This document shows, in pieces, positions 39,300-64,000 of a stretch of DNA of 64,000 nt (its first letter is position 1; every line of letters starts with the position of its first letter). The DNA is from Tubiluchus corallicola (taxonomy: Eukaryota > Animalia > Priapulida). Location of the stretch: positions 248,001 through 312,000 of the forward strand of contig JAQGDQ010000208.1 in the NCBI GenBank assembly GCA_030141605.1, given 5' to 3'. Position numbers and translations under genes: made by a program. The notes under the pieces were generated by a model, which saw only the letters and a program-made list of their open reading frames with translations, was not told where the DNA came from and ran no database searches.

Positions 39300-39959
39300 T
39301 CAATATCCATTTAACTACTTAAAAGTAAACCACGGTAAAATGTCAGAAACAAATTATTTAATATGGTATCTGCATCAGCAGCCACATATTTGTCATAAAA
39401 ATCAAATTAAATGTAATTCAAACAAATTCACTGTGCATGTATTTTATTTGATTTATTTTTACTTTTTTGAGCCAATATTTTTGAAAGGAAATTGAGTAAA
39501 AAAAAACAGCAATCAAAGAAATCTTCACCAGTAGAATATTTTAAACTTAGTGACGTGCCAACCATAGATAAAACTGACATACCAACACCCACGAATGTGT
39601 GCTTTACAGTCTTCTCTGCGCCCACTCTGTTAACTGTTACACCATTGTTATTATTACATAAGATTCCAGAGCCTACGCTACAGCTCCGACGGCAGCACCA
39701 TTCTCAGCAATCCCACATCAAACAAAAGGTCTCAATCTAGTGTCGTCTTATTGATGGCTTATTTTTCGAATTGATCCATTTCGGCCAATTTTCACTTAGA
39801 AACTACAGCTGATGCAAAGCCATTGTTCTGCACTTGTATTGTATTCTCCATTGTATTCTGCCTGCACTTTTGCATATTTTATTAAGCTGGCTGTTATAAT
39901 GTTAGTTGAAGTTAGTGTTGTAAGTGTCACTGCCATCATCATTGTTTTGTCGTCATCAA

Positions 39960-40262
39960 TGTGTGATGATAGTATGGTGTAGTGGGTGTGGAGAAAGGAG
40001 TGTAGGTGTCATCTGGTTTAGTGTACTGTGTATGTTGTGGTGTGGTGTGCTATGGTATGATTGGTATGGCACAGTGTGGCTGGTGTTTGATGGCGTGGGT
40101 TTTTTGACATGGGTGGCATGGTGTGAGTGGTGTGTTATGAGTGGCATGTACTGTTGGTGTGGGTGATGTGGTGCGGGTTGTTGGCATGGTATAGGTGGCA
40201 TAGTGTGGGTAGCATAGTGCGGGTGGTGAGATGTGGTGTGGTGTGATGGATGTGGTATGGCT
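39960..40262. repeat. Degenerate (TGTGG)n low-complexity tract
   Basis: G/T-skewed pentamer-like repeats; produces spurious W/C/V-rich and H/T/P-rich ORFs. Confidence 0.85.
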
Positions 40263-40344
40263 CGTCATTGTCGGTTTATGCGCAAAACATTTTGTGGGGT
40301 TTGGCTAGTTATTATTATTATTATTAATCTTTATCTGAGCTACT

Positions 40345-40760
40345 ACTATGAGTGAGAGTCGAATGTTCGGCGTTCAATTTGAATGAGTTTTCTTAGTTCG
40401 CGTTCAATTCAAACTTAAAATTATAGATCCGAATAATTCAGCACTTTTACCACGTGTTTTTTTATCATTGAAACGTTTGGAACGTGATGCAATTGGCATT
40501 ATTTGGCTGAAATTTGTATGAACAATTTTTAAACAAAATTATTAGTAATTTCACCGCTGAACAAAATCGAGTAATATGCATGAACTTAGTAAACGTCGTT
40601 TTTTACTGGTGATTCGAAAACTTGTTCGTAAATCTTCGAACTCATGCAATTTTAATTCAAATTAAGTCCGAAACACCGAAATTTGGTTCGATTCGAATTC
40701 GAAAGTCTGAAATTCAATTCAGCTCGAATTAACTTTCTGATATAGAATGCTCACCTCTAG
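40345..40760. mobile_element. hAT-like MITE with TTCGAAT subterminal repeats, copy 1
   Basis: Ends GAATGCTCACCTCTA; many TTCGA(A/T) units; reverse-complement homologous to 63415-63750. Confidence 0.6.
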
Positions 40761-40897
40761 CTACCACTGCACTACTATAAATTTATAATAATTTATTTTG
40801 CCTTCGTTTTTGACAATCGTTGACAAAAACGTTGTGGCAATAATTTAATTTTGTGGGCAATAAATTTTCAAATTAAGCTACGCCACTTTTATCCTTT

Positions 40898-43800
40898 AAG
40901 TTATTACTTTGATTTAACATAACAGCTCATTCCAAGACCCCATGAATGTAGATTTTTTTGGATGTCCAACTTTCTAACATGAATGAAAATGCATGTGTAG
41001 TCTTTTACTCTCCCACAGAAGCTAACCATTTATATTACCATTGAGCTCTACCATTGGTGGCAGTTTTTATTCTAGCTTTGTTTGATATTTCACCTGACAT
41101 GACACGTTTGTCCTCAAACCACGGTGACTTACTCTACTAACCTCCTACTTTTTTGAATGGCGTCCTACATGTTTTTCGTCACCATTTTCACATTTGGTTG
41201 GTTATTAATGTTTATTTATGTTAGTGATAAAAAAAGCTTTGATTTGCTTATAGAAGTTCACAAGATAATTTATAACGTATAAATTTGGAAAACTTATGTA
41301 ATAATTAGGTAATTAAACATTTAGAAACATTATTGTGAAACACATTGGGAATATTATTGTTATTAGCATGTATCTCTCATTCTTGGATAAGCCATTTACT
41401 GCAACTTTGTTATTCTTGTAAAAATATTAATCATGGTAATCATGAAGATAGAAGTACTATAATAAAATCCGCAGAAGTTTACAATGCAACTTACTGTCGT
41501 ACTCATGTTTTATTTTATCAGCACCAATATGCCAAGAGAAAGGCCTACATAAGACAACTATTTTTATACACACATAAATGCTGCTTGTGCATTCCAAACG
41601 CATTGAAACTCTAAAATAAGACACTTTTCTAGCTGAAATACAGAAGGCTACAGAAACAATTAATTATAGAAATGCAATGTCATGTTTTGTGAAGATTGAG
41701 CTCAGTACACAAGTTTACAAACAAATGCAAAGTTTTGGTTTCTTATATCACTATCATAACTATAATTTAAATATGTACAGACCAATTAATTGTGGCAGCT
41801 GAATTTTGCAATGAACATAAAAAAGTAATGTGACAGCACAGCTGCTTTCAGCCTTTTTTGTCAGAAATACAATGGTGGTATTAGCTAGACAGAAGTCAGT
41901 GAAAGTATCTTTTGATGAGTGCTAAGATTTTTGCTTTGGCTAGAATGTATTACTTGACATGGTAATACCACCTCATTGACCACCCTATTTCTGATTGGGA
42001 TTTGAACTTTTAGCTAATTAACAAGCTACATGTACATAACCTTAGATAAAAAGTTATTACTTTGATTTAACATAACAGCTCATTCCAAGACCCCATGAAT
42101 GTAGATTTTTTTGGATGTCAACTTTCTAACATGAATGAAAATGCATGTGTAGTCTTTTACTCTCCCACAGAAGCTAACCATTTATATTAAATGAGCTCTA
42201 CAGTTGGTGGCAGTTTTTATTCTAGCTTTGTTTGATATTTCACCTAAAATGACACTTTTGTCCTCAAACCACGGTGACTTACTCTACTAACCTCCTACTT
42301 TTTTGAATGGCGTCCTACATGTTTTTCGTCACCATTTTCACATTTGGTTGGTTATCAATGTTTATTTATGTTAGTGATAAAAAAGCTTTGATTTGCTTAT
42401 AGAAGTTCACAAGATAATTTATAACGTATAAATTTGGAAAACCTATGTAATAATTAGGTAATTAAACATTTGGGAATATTATTTTGAAACACATTGGGAA
42501 TATTATTGCTATTAGCGTGTATCTCTCATTCTTGGATAAGCCATTTACTGCAACTTTGTTATTCTTGTAAAAATATTAATCATGGTAACCATGAAGATAG
42601 AAGTACTATAATAAAATCCGCAGAAGTTAACAATGCAACTTACTGTCGTACTCATGTTTTATTTTATCAGCACCAATATGCCAAGAGAAAGGCCTACATA
42701 ACACAACTATTTTTATACACACATAAATGCTGCTTGTGCATTCCAAACACATTGAAACTCTAAAATAAGACACTTTTCTAGCTGAAATACAGAAGGCTAC
42801 AGAAACAAATAATTATAGAAATGCAATGTCATGTTTTGTGAAGATGTAAACAGCTAATACAGATAAACATCATTCACCCAGTAGCAGGCGATGTGAAATA
42901 AAGAATGCTCACAGCAAAAGATAAATGTATAAAATGCACGATTTGATTTTACATACTCTACAAAAATGCTAATAACAGTCGTTCTCTGCGGTAACACTGA
43001 AATATGGGTAACAAGTAATTTAAACTGAAGTTAATTTGAAAACACTGCCTTTTCTACAGGTGCATGTATACACCAGAAAATTTTGCTGTAAGTTCCAGCA
43101 AAGAAGACTGCTAGACTGATAAGGTTTAAGCATAACGCAAAAAGCATTTGTGTCCACGTTACTGAAAACAAAATGCATGGCAAAAAGATTTAGTCACATA
43201 CTATCTGCCTTTTAGAGAATGGTTACCAAAATCAAAATGAAAGGCAGAAAACTTGTTAAAATAAACTTGTCCTGAAAACATACAGCCTTAGAGATAATAA
43301 AGAGTGAAATTAGCAAATATCTTTTACACAAGCTGTTTCGCATCCTTGCAAGAACGTGAGAGGCAAAACAATTCCAAATGAGAAAAACACATCCAATAAA
43401 TAAAAATTATAGTTTCTATGTGAGAGGCTTTAAAAAGAAGAAACAGAAGAAACAATTATGAAAAAATATTAAAGTACATAATGGGTAGTACAGGTGTTAT
43501 CAATTCATGATATTAAAAGTACAGCGCAGATATTGTTACCACAATTTACTCATCTTTGTTATATGGTGAGGGCCACAGACAATTGCAGAACTGATATAAT
43601 CAAGACAGGCTAACATGGGTGATTGTCATATTTTGTCATTTAATTAGTAACTTACAATGTTACATGAATCCTATTGCAAAGGAGGTAACAACAATAACAT
43701 ACCAGATTTAATAACAATCTACGAATTTATGTAATTACATGGTATAACTTAAACACCCAGCACAATGTATATTTAGCTATATTACTTTCCTATTCACAGC

Positions 43801-44417
43801 ACATATTAGCTTACTCTACTAATTCAACAAAATGCTAACTGTATAACTGTATCACCATAAACAAGCTACTACCCCAGAACAACACATACAATACAACACC
43901 TAAATAACACCCAACAATAATAGCATAGTTTCACTAATATTTAAACTACAAGTCCACAAATGAAAGAACAAAAACAAGAAATTAAAAAAAAAAAAGATTT
44001 TACAATGTCAGAGGAATGGTTTAACATAATCACAAGGCCTCCAACTTATGCACAAATTGAGCTCAGTACACAAGTTTACAAACAAATGCAAAGTTTTGGT
44101 TTCTTATATCACTATCATAACTATAATTTAAATATGTACAGACCAATTAATTGTGGCAGCTGAATTTTGCAATGAACATAAAAAAGTAATGTGACAGCAC
44201 AGCTGCTTTCAGTCTTTTTTGTCAGAAATACAATGGTGGTATCAGCTAGACAGAAGTCAGTAAAAGTATCTTTTGATGACTGCTAAGATTTTTGCTTTGG
44301 CTACAATGTATTACTTGACATGGTAATCCCACCTCATTGACCACCCTATTTCTGATTGGGATTTGAACTTTTAGCTAATTAACAAACTACATGTACATAA
44401 CCTTAGATAAAAAGTTA
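40898..44417. repeat. Tandem duplication (unit 1 40898-42050, unit 2 42051-44417); unit 1 lacks ~1.2 kb
   Basis: 40898-41696 matches 42051-42845 and 41695-42056 matches 44056-44417 nearly base for base; AAGTTA at all three unit boundaries. Confidence 0.93.
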
Positions 44418-44885
44418 GTATTTTTAGCATTAAACTTTAGATAAAAAGGAACATTTGATTACTTGGTGAATCATGTAGCAATTTAGTTCATATTATATAT
44501 CTGTTATTGTATCTTTTTTCTTAAAGACCTGCACTTTTTGCACAATGATTGACCGCAATCCTTGGCAATGCATCTCTCTAAATTTGCAATATCGATAATA
44601 GCAGAGAAACTTTTTGACAATTAGCCATGCAAAAATTTCCGGAAAATGTCAACAAAAATAGAATGAATCTCAATGGAACTCACACATTCTCAGCACAGCT
44701 GTGCGATGTTTAGTTTTATGCATCAAGTTCCTGTTTACATCCGTGCTACACGAGCAGATATGGCATAACAAAAAATAACAATATTTAACAGTAACTCATT
44801 AATCGTGTCAGTGATTAACAATATATCCATCTGTTCATTTCAAAAAAATTACAACAACAGAACTATTCTCTAAATACACTTATTT

Positions 44886-62907
<18,022 letters not shown>

Positions 62908-62911
62908 GATG

Positions 62912-62921
62912 GCCACGTGAT
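62912..62921 (-). promoter_or_regulatory. CLEAR-like E-box next to the ATP6V1A start codon
   Basis: ATCACGTGGC on minus (8/10 to GTCACGTGAC); CACGTG core lies 6 nt upstream of the ATG. Confidence 0.4.
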
Positions 62922-63100
62922 CATCGATCATTCCAATAAAATCTAAGAAATAAAATGCAGTGTTTTTGTTACTTTCACCCACGCCACGTATACCTGTAAG
63001 CGTCGAGTTTTCCTCCTGGTGGAGACTTGGGATGGCTGCCAACTGTCAAGTAGTGGCTGGTACTGAACGACAGATATGTTGTGATTAAACTGTGAAGAAC

Positions 63101-63121
63101 TTGTTATTATTATTATTATTA

Positions 63122-63197
<76 letters not shown>
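63101..63197. repeat. (TTA)n microsatellite
   Basis: About 32 TTA units; explains poly-Leu and poly-Ile ORFs. Confidence 0.97.
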
Positions 63198-63198
<1 letters not shown>

Positions 63199-63414
63199 CA
63201 GCCTAATACTGTACATAATGTGTACATTAGGCATTGTGTCATGCAATTTTTATGCCCAAAGTGCCGGTATATAATTGGCTTACTTCAAGAATGGTGCCTT
63301 CATACACTTTTATATGCAATCCAGAAAACCGAGAGTCACTTATTTTCAGTGTTACCATATGCTTAACATTGAACTTATTGTTATGCACTTGATAAAATGT
63401 AGTGGATCATACAT

Positions 63415-63750
63415 AGGTCAGAGCATTCTCTACCAGAAAGCGAATTCGAATTGAATTAGAACTCTGTTATAAAGATCTTCGAACAAATTTTCGAACCATT
63501 TCTGCATGTTATTCGATTTTGTTCTGCAGTAAAATCACTAAATTATTAAAAAATTGTGCACAGAAATCACAGCTAAATTGTGCTAATTTCATGAAAATTC
63601 AAATGTTTTAATGATAAGGAAAATGATAATGTGGCTGAATTGCTGTGTTATTCGAATTTATAATTTTTAGATGAGAATTGAAATCGAACTAAAAAAAAAC
63701 TCGTGCGAATTCGATTCGCACGGTCAAACTCAAACGTTTGATACATCCTA
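63415..63750. mobile_element. hAT-like MITE with TTCGAAT subterminal repeats, copy 2
   Basis: TAGGTCAGAGCATTCT ... GATACATCCTA termini; reverse-complement homologous to 40345-40760. Confidence 0.6.
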
Positions 63751-64000
63751 CTTTTTTGGCTTCATTCAATGTGGCTTTGCCGGTTTGCTATTATTATTAT
63801 TTTTATCATTGTTATTATTATTATTGTTGTTTTTAGCATGACAATGATCATGTTATGGGCTTAATCATATTCTTATTAATTTGTACTATTTTAGTTTCCT
63901 TTATGCCGTTGTCAACACCTGCTGATCAGTAATCACGGGTTTCATGATTTCTGGCTTTATTTAGTTTGTTGGTCGTCTTTATTGTTGGCTAGCCCTTTTG

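Noticed and set aside
39924-40268. His/Pro/Thr-rich and Trp/Cys-rich ORFs
   Set aside because: Products of the degenerate (TGTGG)n tract; no splice or family support.
41345-42763. Two near-identical 89-aa ORFs resembling a secreted-peptide gene pair
   Set aside because: Both start at TTG, lie within the tandem duplication of probable UTR/intergenic DNA and have no recognisable domain.
42846-44057. Segment missing from duplicate unit 1 considered as a spliced intron (retrocopy hypothesis)
   Set aside because: Starts GT on plus but ends AT, and has no GT-AG on minus; better explained as an indel with AT microhomology.

Overview
AT-rich eukaryotic (invertebrate-animal-like) genomic DNA with GT-AG spliceosomal introns; nothing prokaryotic, and no rRNA, tRNA or CRISPR array seen. 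Hand-splicing gives four intact genes: a secreted DNase I-family gene (+, ~5.8-21.5 kb), a mitochondrial carrier of the SLC25A39/40 glutathione-transporter family (-, 22.7-32.2 kb), the ciliary transition-zone gene B9D2 (-, 36.2-39.3 kb) and V-ATPase catalytic subunit A (-, 44.9-62.9 kb, 617 aa, one U12-type intron). Introns and spacers are full of decayed transposons: RTE, CRE, Penelope-like and CR1 retroelements, pogo/Tigger, hAT-like, Harbinger-like and foldback-like MITEs, and a 9-bp-TSD element nested in the CR1. A tandem duplication lies downstream of ATP6V1A. I cannot support a wholly new multi-gene system. The best lead is a set of in-frame alternative splice options in the Cys-rich matrix loop of SLC25A39/40, which would add a CxxC and change loop length. 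All calls are by eye, without database searches.
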